26,677 nt of DNA, from positions 1 through 26,677 of the IMG/VR virus record IMGVR_UViG_3300020003_000010; one strand, 5' to 3'. The number at the start of each line of letters is the position of its first letter. Positions within the stretch are counted from its first letter, which is position 1. The notes under the pieces were generated by a model. That model had not been told where the DNA came from. It worked only from the letters and a program-made list of their open reading frames with translations, and made no database searches. Both the position numbers and the translations under genes were made by a program. Source of the stretch: a virus (Duplodnaviria; Caudoviricetes). Below, one piece after another: positions 15,787-25,766 of this stretch.

Positions 15787-15818
15787 GGGGGCGGAGATTT
15801 TCCAACATCATTGCCCCC
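15787..15818. promoter_or_regulatory. Dyad element copy 3 (GGGGGCGGAGAT-N8-ATCATTGCCCCC)
   Basis: Intergenic; its left arm is the exact reverse complement of the right arm of copy 2. Confidence 0.65.
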
Positions 15819-15857
15819 TCTTGCGGAAGCCTCCCCTAAACCCAGGTCACCACCCCC

Positions 15858-17093
15858 TTGCCACGCCATTACCCTAATTGGCTCAAAGCCTATTGCTCCT
15901 TCACTTCCGCCAGCGAAGCTCCGCTCGATTTCCACTTCTGGACTGGCGTCTCAACCCTTGCGGCTGTCCTTCGTAAGAGGGTTTGGAAAGACGAGCATTC
16001 TTTCAAATGGACCCCAAACTTCTATATCGTCTTCGTCGGACCCGCGGGGATCGTTACGAAGTCCACGACTCTTAACATTGGCTACAGGCTTCTAGCGAAC
16101 CTCCCTGACCTCGGTTCAGGCAATTATCCCATTATCTTCGGCCCCGACTCGATGACCTGGCACGGCCTCGCTAAGAAGTTCGAAGCCGCCTATCACGAGA
16201 TCCCTCTCCAGCTTGCTTCGGGTGATATTATTAAAGTCAAACAGAGCGCTCTTACCTGTTCCGTAAGCGAGCTTGGAACCTTCCTTCGCCCCGAAGACAA
16301 AGCCCTCATGTCCTTCTTAACTGATATCTGGGACGGCAAAGAACGTCCTTTCGACCACGCCACCAAAGACTCCGGCCAAATCCAAATCAACGGCGGCTGG
16401 CTTAACATTATCGGAGCCACGACCCCCTTCTGGATGCAGAGCAACTTTCCCCCAACCATGCTCCAAGAAGGCATCGGCTCTCGGATCGTTTTTGTTTATG
16501 GCGACAAGAAGCGTCACTTAACCGCTTACCCTTCTCGGGTCGTAAAATCAAGCGACTACTACGACAACGAGAAGCGTCTCACCGACGACTTAGCCCATAT
16601 CTCCCGTCTAATTGGTCCTTACGAGCTTACGGAAGATGCTTATGTGTGGGGGGAAGAGTGGTATAAGAAGCACAATTCAACCCGCTCGCTCCACACCGCC
16701 TCGGGACGCTATTCTGGTTATCTCGCCCGCAAACAGACCCACATGCATAAGCTTGCTATGGTTCTCTCGGCCTCGCAGCGCGATAAGCTCCTTATCGAAC
16801 AAAGCGACCTCGAGCAAGCCAACGCGATTCTCGAAGCTGCCGAGCACTCTATGATCCAGGTCTTCGAAAGCGTCGGCACCTCACGTGACTCCTACAACGT
16901 AGGCATTATCGTCGAATACGTTCGAGCCTACAAATGGATCACTTCAGAAGAGCTTTATCGTCTCGTCTTCAACATCATGGAACGCGATCAATATAAAGCT
17001 GCGATCTCTAACTCCGTTGAGGGTGGATTGTTAGAGGTGGTACGTAAAGAGGGGAAGCTTGGTCTTAGTCCGAAGGCAAAGATCGTAAACTAA
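15858..17093 (+). CDS. DUF3987-like P-loop ATPase, putative replicative helicase
   Basis: SEAP..FH.W, PNFYIVFVGPAGIVTKST (variant Walker A), VSELGTFL, IIGATTP, GIGSR; follows the polymerase. Confidence 0.7.
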   Translation: MPRHYPNWLKAYCSFTSASEAPLDFHFWTGVSTLAAVLRKRVWKDEHSFKWTPNFYIVFVGPAGIVTKSTTLNIGYRLLANLPDLGSGNYPIIFGPDSMTWHGLAKKFEAAYHEIPLQLASGDIIKVKQSALTCSVSELGTFLRPEDKALMSFLTDIWDGKERPFDHATKDSGQIQINGGWLNIIGATTPFWMQSNFPPTMLQEGIGSRIVFVYGDKKRHLTAYPSRVVKSSDYYDNEKRLTDDLAHISRLIGPYELTEDAYVWGEEWYKKHNSTRSLHTASGRYSGYLARKQTHMHKLAMVLSASQRDKLLIEQSDLEQANAILEAAEHSMIQVFESVGTSRDSYNVGIIVEYVRAYKWITSEELYRLVFNIMERDQYKAAISNSVEGGLLEVVRKEGKLGLSPKAKIVN

Positions 17094-20000
17094 CGAACCC
17101 GTTGTGCGTCTATGACATTCGCTTCCGGGTGCAGCCGCCGCATCTCGTCCGCTATGGGCTGATTAGCTCTTATGGGTTCGTTCCCCGCCGCCTGCATCGC
17201 CTGCGTTCGAATACGCGTCTTAACCGAGGTCTCGATTGTCTTCGCCGTCAAACGCTTCGCCGTCAAGAAATCTGGCAGCTCATCGTTGAATCTGACCGTT
17301 GCGGCCCGAACCGTCTCTAGCTCTGTTGAATCGCCCCGTCGGATTGCTTCGCCCCATTGTGCCAGAAGCATCCCCCGTTGCATATCAACGAACCCGGTTA
17401 CTTCGGCCTTGTCACGCAAGTAGTCCCATTGGGCCGTTAGACGCCTTGGCTGAAAGCCGCCGGCGAGGCCAATGATTTCGCCCAGATGCTCAGGATCACG
17501 TGTATCGTAGGTAATGATTGGAACCTGCGTCTTTCCGCGCTCCTTCTGCTCCGAGAACGCTCTATAAGAATGGCTCATATTTCGGGCGAACCGCGGCATG
17601 GCCATCTCCCACCGCTTAAAGTCGGAGGCGTCGTCACGAGAGCCAAGAGCTTTGTAGAAGTTAAAGGCGAGCCCACCCACAACACCGCCAGCCCGCGCAC
17701 TCTGCTCCGCGAAGCGGCTCGGCGCGTCTTTCACCGGGGGTCCGAACGCCGCTCCGACCTGAATCGGCAGAATGGGGCCGATCGAGAGAGACCTCGAAAG
17801 GTCTTGTGTCGGCATAAACTTCTGCATCCCCACCGTCGATCCGAGGGCGTTCAGAAGAGCCGGTAGGCCGAATGCCATTCGCGAAGTTCCGTGGAGGAGC
17901 AGATCTGGAGCCCACGACTCATCTGTCATTGAGCGGACTAGTTTACGTAGCTCTCGTTCAACTGACCAATCTCGCCCGTAAATCCACCACCCCAAGAGTC
18001 TCGTAATCTCTTTCAGGTCTTCATATCCCGGAAGCCCACCAAGCCCCGCCATTAAAAGCATTACAAGGATCGACCTCGGCAAGACATCTCGCTTATTATT
18101 CAGATTCGCAAAAAGCACGCCCTGAATAAACCTCTTAAAAAGGAAGAGTGTTCCCCACTTCCCCCGCATAAACTTTGGTCGGCTTTCTTGCGTCGCCATG
18201 AACTGCGTTTGATCTACGACGTGACTCGCAATAATGATCGCCCTGGCTTCTGAGGCCGGTATTCCCGACGCCATCATCCGCGTAAGCTCATCGGTGTATT
18301 GGCCTAGAACTTGTCGACCCCAAGTATTATTCGGGTCCTTCCGGGCTAGGTTTAGCGTCGCCATGAAGGTGATGCGCCGGTTCGCCTTCTCGGCGATCTC
18401 GAACATCCACATCGCCTTCTGCAAAAGCTCGTGCATCGCACGCGCCCCGGTCCCCCCACCATACCCCGTTCCGAGGTTCGAGTTTTGACTCCACGACGCC
18501 AGTTCCGCCGCGAGAGTCTGATCAAGACGTCCAGTTTGGATAGCATAGTCGAGAGCTATCATGTCTGGCTGTGTCAGACCTTTGTAAGACTTCTTCTTCC
18601 AGAAATTCTGTGTATTAAAGATCGCCGTTACGAGTTCCTTCGAGGCACGAATATCGCCGAACTTCCCTCCAAGAAACGGCAGACTTACCATTGGGACCTG
18701 GCTCAAATTAACCGCGGCCGACACTGGTACGAAGCCGAGCGTCCAGAACACCGCCGCCGCCTTCAATGTAATAAAGTCCAGCGACGGATCAAGAAAATTC
18801 TTATGAAGGTGATCCGTCATGAAGTTCGCAATCTCAAGACGCTTTAGCGGCGTCGAGGTCTGTCCAATCGACTGCCTTACATCGAGGATGTTCTGCTCAA
18901 GAATATCCTTATACTTCACCTTAACATACCACCGGGCTCCGTGGAAGAAATACTGAGCAAACGAACGCCGGAAGTCTCTCGAATACCCCTTCGTATATCG
19001 TTTGTTCTGGAACCGATGTCTGAAGCTTTGTGCCGGAGCTAGCTCAAATCGAAGTTGTTCCATCGCCTTCGATTGCGCCGGCGTCAACTGAAGCTTCGCG
19101 GCGATGGCATCGAGCATCGTCTTCGGCATACCGATCAACGGCCCGGACGACGGCGGAAGAATATCCGGCGTTACCGTAAAGTCTGGGCCAAAAGCCGCCG
19201 TCATCTGTTTAATGGCTTCCTTCTGTTGACGCTCTGCCGAGACGAGGCCACGTCGCTCGAAATGCTCACGATGAACTGTAACTCCAGCTGCATTCCTGAC
19301 GATAACAACGTGTCGTCCATTCCGCATAAAGGGAAAATAAGGCTTGGAGCGTAAGCCTGCCACATTCGCATTAATAGCATTAATGGCCGCGGCTCGAGCA
19401 ACCGGGTCAGTAATCTTCAGAGCTTCATCACGAGCTAGTTGTGAACTGAGATCGAGAAAGACATTGAATACCCGGCGAATGTCATTAAAGACACGAAGCG
19501 CGTCCGCACTTACACGATGTATTCGGATCAAGGCCTGAAGTTCAGCCTGTGTCGGGTGTCGCTGAATCCCTTGGGCGACTTCCTGTGGCGTCCGATAGAC
19601 CATATTCGTAACGTCGTCAATAAGCAGCGTCAGGTTCTCTCCTTGCTGACGTAGATTATCCCAATCCTTCACAATCCGAAGCGCCGCGTCGGTGATCTTG
19701 GCTTCCTCCGTATTTGCAATCCGCATCGTTTCCGCATATCGTTGCAAACCATCGAGACGCGGATTAAGCTCCGTCAACTGGAATAAATGGACCATAACTT
19801 TATAAAACTTATTCATCTTATCTGCCATCGCCGGCATCTGAGCTATTGCGCCACCGCCTGTCGGTCCAGTCCCCGGACCCATCGTCCCACGCCCCACCGG
19901 CCCATTCGGAGGCACAAACCCCCCTCCCATCAAACGCGAGATCACTTGACGCAGAAAGCCAGTCTCGGGCTGCTGTTCAGCGGCGACGAGCCCAGGTTCT

Positions 20001-23000
20001 GAGGCCGAAAGTGCGTCCTGGTTCTCGATCATGGTCCTCAGATCAAGAGCTTTGTATTCCGCTAGTGTTAGAGGAACTCGGCCCGGCTCCAAGATTGAGT
20101 TGAGCCAGTTGTTCATGTGGAAAGAAGGACGGAAGTCAATCCCCTGTTTCCTCGTCATGATTTCGAACATAGTCCTAATTGCGTTCGCGATCTTCGCAAC
20201 ACTCTTCTCAAACAGAGTTAAAGCAGGTCCCGGCGTGGTAGCCCACTTAGCCACCTGGTCTGCAAACCATTCGCTAAATGAGGTCACGTATTGATAAGTC
20301 TGCGGCGAAACGCTCGATGCAAATTGTGCAGAATATTCCGACTGTAAATCTTGATCGTATCGTGACAAAGACGCTGTTAAGCCAAAGACGTGCGATTGTC
20401 TAGTGTCGTCGATCTGTCCAAGTGTTCGTCCGGCTTTAGCCTGCTCCGCAAGCCACGCATCATACTCGGCCCGGATAACCATCTTCGCCGCGTCAGAAAG
20501 TTGACTAAATTCTTGATGCATCACAGCATGACCGAACTCATGCATCATCGTAGCCCATAACGATGCTGTATCACGGAATTTACTAAGCGGTATATTAATC
20601 ACACTTAGCCCAGTTGCAGGATAATAGGTGTGCAATCCAGATACATCTGGATGTCCCTTAACTGTATTGCTGATAACAAGCTTGAGTCGTCCATGCCACG
20701 AAAACTTCTTTGTAAACTCTTCAAACGCTTGAATGACTTTCGCAGCCTCATTCACCATAGGATGCGTCACATCTAGCGACCCATCACCCTCGATCCTTAC
20801 ATCAAGACGCTCTTTGATTGGAACGACCTGTTGCTTCTTGAACAACGGAAGTCCTTGCTGGATAAAAGTCTTCGCCGTCTCTGGGATCTCCATAAACATG
20901 ACCTTCGGCGGTCCCAGAAGCGTTTTACCCATCATACCCATGAGGGCTCTTTGTGCATCAACTCGACTGTCATAAGACCCATACTCTTGCCCCGTGACTC
21001 TGTTAACCACGACGAAGTCGTCCGCTCCAGGGTCATTCGGATCGGCACGCCTCTGAGCAATGAGATTCGCTGTGTCGATTACCGCATCCGGAATCCACAT
21101 CTCTCCTATCGTCCCACCAAGCTTCTTTGCCCACCTCTTTATGACGCTCGGTAAGGCCTTGTCGTAGAAATATCTGAGCCCCGAAATCTGTTCGGCCGAT
21201 ACGTTACCTCCAGTATTGAATTTCGCGGCGAGGTCACCGTTCGTGAACGCGATCCTCGTAAAGCCTTTATCGGCCGCATAACGGATCAGACGCTTAAGTG
21301 TAAGCTCCGACCACGTTGACTTGAATGGCGCACTCGGAACCCTTCGAGATTCATTCTGCAATTCTCGCAGGATACTTTGGATTCTGTTATTAAGCTCTTC
21401 GCTCTTCCGAAATCCCGACTCACTATTCGCTCGCTCGAAGATACTAACAAGCTCCTGGTATCGCGGCGTGTCCTGCTCGTCGGCTTGACGAATCTCCGAC
21501 AACATATCCGTGATAAAGTCAAGAAACTTCCACTCAAGGCTCATCGACTTCGATATACCTTCTCGAGCTACTTGAAGTTGACGATACTTCGTTGCAAGCT
21601 CCTTTATCTTGTTTAGGTCACGGAATCCCTTCTTCACCCCCTGTTGCATCCAATCGGATTGAATATTCTCGGCGAAGAGGTATTTCTTCCCAGTCTCGTC
21701 CATCCGCTCCGACACCATCGCATACGCAAGCGTATTCTCTTCAAGATGTCCACCATAGAAGTTTGGATCTTCTACTGGCAGGCCCAGGCTGCCCGTCGGC
21801 AGCGGCTTATTTGGCATCCGAAGCGTCAGAATGCGATAACCCGACCTTGGTCCCGGAAGCGTATACTCACCATAGCCAAACTCTTCCCCCTCTTCCACTC
21901 GAACCTGATTCCCCTCAATAAACTCGATCACATCCTTCTTCGAGACTGGGCCACGCTGCGATCCGAAGAACGCCGGCAAGCCAATCTCCTCGAGCTCCTC
22001 GACCTTCACCCCGGTCGCGTTTCGGATCGAAGCGAGCATCTGATCCGGCGATCCCATATTCGGTAGCTTCTCTTCCGCCGCTTGTAAGACCCGCGAATAA
22101 AAGGTCGGTCCGGGTTCCAGAAGCTGCTGCCGCTGAAGGTCCATTACAGTCGCGGCACCAGGTCGAGGTGCCGGAGACCCTAGAGCAGTCGGCGCTTGAA
22201 CCAGCGTGGAAGGAGCTGGAGGAACCTCCCACGGCTCTCCCAGTCCAAGCGCCGACCTATCGTCCCACGGATCCCCCTGGGTCGTGACACCCTCAAGCTG
22301 CTCTTGACCCGGCTCTTTCTGACCCGTTCGCGGGCTCGGTAAAATGGTCTTCGCCGTTCCACCTACAATCACTCCAACGAGCGCATTATATGGAACGTCG
22401 TCCATCTTGTCCCGCTCTGGATTGTAGATACCCTGTTCAATCCAGTTCTGAATAAACTGCTGACCCCCTTCTTGAATACCCTCAATAATCGCCCCAATAC
22501 CGAACTTCTTCAGAAGCCCAAGTGCTTTCCCCGTCGATCCACCAACCATCGGAAGCAGATTGTCTGCAAGCTCTGTTGCGCCCGCGATCGACCCGAGGCC
22601 CGCCGCTTGACGCTCTTGTCCCGGCGTCGCTTTCGCCTTCACGGCGCGTTCCGCCGCCTCACCTTGACCTTGAAGAATTGAACTCAGAACGGCTGCCGGC
22701 CCACTCGCCAAGCCGATTGCGATATTCGCCCCGAGGCTTCCGAAACCGGCCGACACATCTCGGACGAGAGGATGCAAGATATTCCGATCCGGCAGAGCCC
22801 TCGAAGTCGCCGCCTCCACTTCTTCCCCAGCCTGATAAACTCCCTGCTCTGCCACCGACCTAAGCGGAACCGGCCGCTCCCGCCCCGTTTTCGCCGCCTG
22901 CGCTGGGTCTTGACCCCCTTGCGCCGCTGCTATCGCCGATTCAAGCTCTGCCGTCGCCTCCGACTGAGCTAGATTCGCCCCCGCTCCTCTTAAGACCGAA

Positions 23001-23233
23001 GCCCCCGTCCCTGCGCCTCCTCGCAAGAACGACTTCCCAATTTCAACCCCGTAATCGAACATGCCCGGATCGGCCGACTTATCAATCGACCGTCCTTCTG
23101 GCCGTCCTTCCCACGGATCAGCTTGCGGCCTCGCATCGACCTGTGGAACCGAAATCCGCTCCCACGGATCGGCCGCGGCCGCTACCGACGGAAGCTTCGG
23201 AAGCCTTTGTTCCCACGGCTCAACAAATGTCAC
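17090..23233 (-). CDS. Large internal virion/ejection protein of polyvalent type with a zincin-like domain
   Basis: 2047 aa; Gly/Ala-rich hydrophobic N-terminal region, HEFGH plus downstream EWFAD, helical C-terminal region; last gene of the virion operon. Confidence 0.8.
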   Translation of the reverse strand: MTFVEPWEQRLPKLPSVAAAADPWERISVPQVDARPQADPWEGRPEGRSIDKSADPGMFDYGVEIGKSFLRGGAGTGASVLRGAGANLAQSEATAELESAIAAAQGGQDPAQAAKTGRERPVPLRSVAEQGVYQAGEEVEAATSRALPDRNILHPLVRDVSAGFGSLGANIAIGLASGPAAVLSSILQGQGEAAERAVKAKATPGQERQAAGLGSIAGATELADNLLPMVGGSTGKALGLLKKFGIGAIIEGIQEGGQQFIQNWIEQGIYNPERDKMDDVPYNALVGVIVGGTAKTILPSPRTGQKEPGQEQLEGVTTQGDPWDDRSALGLGEPWEVPPAPSTLVQAPTALGSPAPRPGAATVMDLQRQQLLEPGPTFYSRVLQAAEEKLPNMGSPDQMLASIRNATGVKVEELEEIGLPAFFGSQRGPVSKKDVIEFIEGNQVRVEEGEEFGYGEYTLPGPRSGYRILTLRMPNKPLPTGSLGLPVEDPNFYGGHLEENTLAYAMVSERMDETGKKYLFAENIQSDWMQQGVKKGFRDLNKIKELATKYRQLQVAREGISKSMSLEWKFLDFITDMLSEIRQADEQDTPRYQELVSIFERANSESGFRKSEELNNRIQSILRELQNESRRVPSAPFKSTWSELTLKRLIRYAADKGFTRIAFTNGDLAAKFNTGGNVSAEQISGLRYFYDKALPSVIKRWAKKLGGTIGEMWIPDAVIDTANLIAQRRADPNDPGADDFVVVNRVTGQEYGSYDSRVDAQRALMGMMGKTLLGPPKVMFMEIPETAKTFIQQGLPLFKKQQVVPIKERLDVRIEGDGSLDVTHPMVNEAAKVIQAFEEFTKKFSWHGRLKLVISNTVKGHPDVSGLHTYYPATGLSVINIPLSKFRDTASLWATMMHEFGHAVMHQEFSQLSDAAKMVIRAEYDAWLAEQAKAGRTLGQIDDTRQSHVFGLTASLSRYDQDLQSEYSAQFASSVSPQTYQYVTSFSEWFADQVAKWATTPGPALTLFEKSVAKIANAIRTMFEIMTRKQGIDFRPSFHMNNWLNSILEPGRVPLTLAEYKALDLRTMIENQDALSASEPGLVAAEQQPETGFLRQVISRLMGGGFVPPNGPVGRGTMGPGTGPTGGGAIAQMPAMADKMNKFYKVMVHLFQLTELNPRLDGLQRYAETMRIANTEEAKITDAALRIVKDWDNLRQQGENLTLLIDDVTNMVYRTPQEVAQGIQRHPTQAELQALIRIHRVSADALRVFNDIRRVFNVFLDLSSQLARDEALKITDPVARAAAINAINANVAGLRSKPYFPFMRNGRHVVIVRNAAGVTVHREHFERRGLVSAERQQKEAIKQMTAAFGPDFTVTPDILPPSSGPLIGMPKTMLDAIAAKLQLTPAQSKAMEQLRFELAPAQSFRHRFQNKRYTKGYSRDFRRSFAQYFFHGARWYVKVKYKDILEQNILDVRQSIGQTSTPLKRLEIANFMTDHLHKNFLDPSLDFITLKAAAVFWTLGFVPVSAAVNLSQVPMVSLPFLGGKFGDIRASKELVTAIFNTQNFWKKKSYKGLTQPDMIALDYAIQTGRLDQTLAAELASWSQNSNLGTGYGGGTGARAMHELLQKAMWMFEIAEKANRRITFMATLNLARKDPNNTWGRQVLGQYTDELTRMMASGIPASEARAIIIASHVVDQTQFMATQESRPKFMRGKWGTLFLFKRFIQGVLFANLNNKRDVLPRSILVMLLMAGLGGLPGYEDLKEITRLLGWWIYGRDWSVERELRKLVRSMTDESWAPDLLLHGTSRMAFGLPALLNALGSTVGMQKFMPTQDLSRSLSIGPILPIQVGAAFGPPVKDAPSRFAEQSARAGGVVGGLAFNFYKALGSRDDASDFKRWEMAMPRFARNMSHSYRAFSEQKERGKTQVPIITYDTRDPEHLGEIIGLAGGFQPRRLTAQWDYLRDKAEVTGFVDMQRGMLLAQWGEAIRRGDSTELETVRAATVRFNDELPDFLTAKRLTAKTIETSVKTRIRTQAMQAAGNEPIRANQPIADEMRRLHPEANVIDAQRVR

Positions 23234-23943
23234 TTAACAAGCTCCCAGTTCTTCGAATCATACTGATCACCGCCCTTGAAGCGGTAGTTCCCAGCCTTCC
23301 CAGGCTTAATGTCTCCAACCTTCGGCGACGTAGTTGAGGGCGGAGTCGAGGGTGTAGCCGCTCCTGGCTCAGGAACCGACGCATCTGCATCAGGCACAAG
23401 CCCCAAGGTCTTGAGGAGCGGGTTGGACCTAACCCACTCGTCTTGAAGAAGAGGCTGCTTCTTCTTATCGGCTGGCAGAAGAAGATTCTCGTCCTTCAAC
23501 TGCTTCAAATAATTCGAATACATTGCATTGACGCGAATACGTTGGTTCGCCAAGTTCCGTTCTTGAAGTTGCTGAAGCCCTTGTGCCTGAAGGGCTAAAC
23601 GGGCCGATGCCGTCTCGCTTCGCGCCCCCGCAGTTCCGGCTCTCGCCTCCGCCGCTCCAGCCTGCGCCCCACGTAAATCCGCCTTCGACTCCGCCTCCTG
23701 CTGCTTCAAATCCAGAGCTTCACTCGTTCGGACGCTCTCACCCCCCGCGCCAATGGCTCGTCCAAGTTGCGACGTAAAGTTATCGCCCCACGCCGGCGGC
23801 TGCATCATCGCAAGACCACCCGACATTAAAGCGGCTTGCCCTCTCGGGTCGTTCAAGAACCCCATCAACTGGTCGCCCATTCGACTGAAGTCTTGACCTT
23901 GCGGGAGGAAAGGTGTTGGATCGTCTCCCGGATTATATACCAT
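23230..23943 (-). CDS. Putative internal virion/ejection protein
   Basis: Ala/Gln coiled coil, C-terminal YRFKGGD...NW motif, ATGA-type overlap with the large gene. Confidence 0.7.
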   Translation of the reverse strand: MVYNPGDDPTPFLPQGQDFSRMGDQLMGFLNDPRGQAALMSGGLAMMQPPAWGDNFTSQLGRAIGAGGESVRTSEALDLKQQEAESKADLRGAQAGAAEARAGTAGARSETASARLALQAQGLQQLQERNLANQRIRVNAMYSNYLKQLKDENLLLPADKKKQPLLQDEWVRSNPLLKTLGLVPDADASVPEPGAATPSTPPSTTSPKVGDIKPGKAGNYRFKGGDQYDSKNWELVK

Positions 23944-24434
23944 TACCTTCCTCCACCTCCAAGAGCTGCCAGAAGCGTCGGCGGCAGCTTATATGGGCTT
24001 GCTTGTCCGCTTCCTGGCCCACCCATAATCGACATGAGATCTCCGAGCCCACTTTGTATCGGCCGAAGGGTCGGCGCCGCTGGCGTCGATGGCTTTACGA
24101 CATCTGGAGGTTTCGGGGCCTGAATAGCTCGGAGGGCTGCCAAGAGCCGATCCCCACCTGCTTGCGGCGTCCCTGATGGCATCGGTCCTTGTGGAGCCCC
24201 TACACCCGGCGGCGTCGACGGTCCAATCGGACCAGAAGCTTGCGGCGGCCGCGGAAGTGGGATTGGCACGCTCGAATCCCCAAGCCCCGGCACCATGCCG
24301 GTTTCGTCAACCATCGGGGCTCCTCCTTGCGGAATGAACCCACTCTCGTCCATACCTGACGCGCCTGCGGGCGCGAGCCCGAACATCGTAAGTAGAGCGT
24401 CGAGACCACCCGGCATTCCGTCGAATATACCCAT
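23943..24434 (-). CDS. Pro/Gly-rich putative internal virion protein
   Basis: GAGGAG RBS on the - strand; TAATG overlap with the next gene; low-complexity sequence. Confidence 0.65.
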   Translation of the reverse strand: MGIFDGMPGGLDALLTMFGLAPAGASGMDESGFIPQGGAPMVDETGMVPGLGDSSVPIPLPRPPQASGPIGPSTPPGVGAPQGPMPSGTPQAGGDRLLAALRAIQAPKPPDVVKPSTPAAPTLRPIQSGLGDLMSIMGGPGSGQASPYKLPPTLLAALGGGGR

Positions 24435-24455
24435 GACGAAGTCTCCTCTTCTTGA

Positions 24456-25322
24456 CTAAAAAAGAAACGGTAACAGCGCGCCACCTGCTGCGCCAATACC
24501 AGTTCCAATCCCTGGCATTATTGCCGTTCCAAGTGACGCGCCTGTCGCTGCCCCTCCTAGAGCCTGCCCTATCTTATTCGCTTGTGGTACGCTTCCGGTC
24601 GAAACCGTTGACCCGCCAGGTAGCCCGGCAAGTAAGGACATGATTTCCTTCGACTGCAAAAACGGGGCCAGTTCGTCGTAGTTGAAGTTCCCGATCGTCT
24701 CCCCAAGAAGCGCCTGCTCGCGGGCTTGACGGACGTCGCCCACGCCAGATATGGCAGTGCCTTCGGCCGTTTGAGCTTGCTGCACGGTAGGTAAAAGCCC
24801 CATCGCTTTGAGCTGCGCATTGACATTTGTCTCATACTGACCTTGAGCTAATTTCGAAGCCGTGTCCCCAGCCGCACGTGACGCCTCTCGAGTCGCAATA
24901 CCCTCCGCAATACCTTGTCGTGACGAACCAAAGTTCCCCGTACTTGTGGCCTCGGAACGTATCGCAGGCAAAGCTCGCTCAGTAAGGTTATCATAAATCG
25001 GACGGACGCTAGCATCGATAGCTCCTTGGAGATTCTGGTTTGAAGACGGGTTCCAGATATCTCCTCCCGTATAGAACTGATTCGCCCCCGCGGCACTCCG
25101 TGCAAGGTCTCCAGTCGTCCCAGCCGACGCAAGTACACTTTCTTGACCTTGTGTCTGAAGAGGATCGAACGCCGCAATGCCTGAACTCTGATAACGTTGG
25201 GGTGTCGAAGCCGCGAACTCTCTTATCCCCGGCATCGCGAGCTGCATTAGCTCTCGTTGCTCCGGACTAAGAATCTGCTGCGTCGTCTGCGTCGGGGCCT
25301 GTTGCTGTCCACTACTACCCAT
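24456..25322 (-). CDS. Putative DNA-transfer/pilot (ejection) protein
   Basis: MGSSG..TQTTQ start, G.FGSSRQGIAEG motif, C-terminal glycine zipper GAATGASLG...GIGAAGGAL. Confidence 0.75.
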   Translation of the reverse strand: MGSSGQQQAPTQTTQQILSPEQRELMQLAMPGIREFAASTPQRYQSSGIAAFDPLQTQGQESVLASAGTTGDLARSAAGANQFYTGGDIWNPSSNQNLQGAIDASVRPIYDNLTERALPAIRSEATSTGNFGSSRQGIAEGIATREASRAAGDTASKLAQGQYETNVNAQLKAMGLLPTVQQAQTAEGTAISGVGDVRQAREQALLGETIGNFNYDELAPFLQSKEIMSLLAGLPGGSTVSTGSVPQANKIGQALGGAATGASLGTAIMPGIGTGIGAAGGALLPFLF

Positions 25323-25323
25323 C

Positions 25324-25758
25324 TCAATGCACTCCGTGTTGCTGAACCGCCCGCGTTAGAATCACCGCGGTTCTCGTAAACCCTTGAAGCTTCCGTTCCC
25401 ATCCTGGTCTTCCAATGACCTCAATCGAACCACATCCAGAATCCTTCGCCACCTTCTCAAACAACGCGTCCATAATTGGAAGACATCTTTCAATATCATT
25501 CCCAAAAGCCAAAAAGATCTGAAATATACTCGACGCCGGATAATTGATTATCTGTGTATAGACGATTATTCTAAGCTTCTCATCCCCAATCCCCCAGACC
25601 TGACACCTTCCAGCAAGTGGCGCACAATGGAGGAAGTCTTTCGTCCACCACTTCTCCCATACATGCGGGATCGTATCGAGCTGCTCCGATATGTTCGGCC
25701 AATGCCTCTCGAACACATTCGAAGTCAACAATTCGGCTCGATATAGAGAAGCTTCCAT
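25324..25758 (-). CDS. Virion-module protein, possible GNAT-like fold
   Basis: AKDSGCGSIEVIGRPGWERKL pattern; position between tail and ejection genes as in many podoviruses. Confidence 0.65.
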   Translation of the reverse strand: MEASLYRAELLTSNVFERHWPNISEQLDTIPHVWEKWWTKDFLHCAPLAGRCQVWGIGDEKLRIIVYTQIINYPASSIFQIFLAFGNDIERCLPIMDALFEKVAKDSGCGSIEVIGRPGWERKLQGFTRTAVILTRAVQQHGVH

Positions 25759-25766
25759 TTCTTCCT

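Noticed and set aside
15769-16095. 108-aa ORF overlapping the ATPase start
   Set aside because: Spans dyad copy 3 and overlaps a better-supported gene in another frame.
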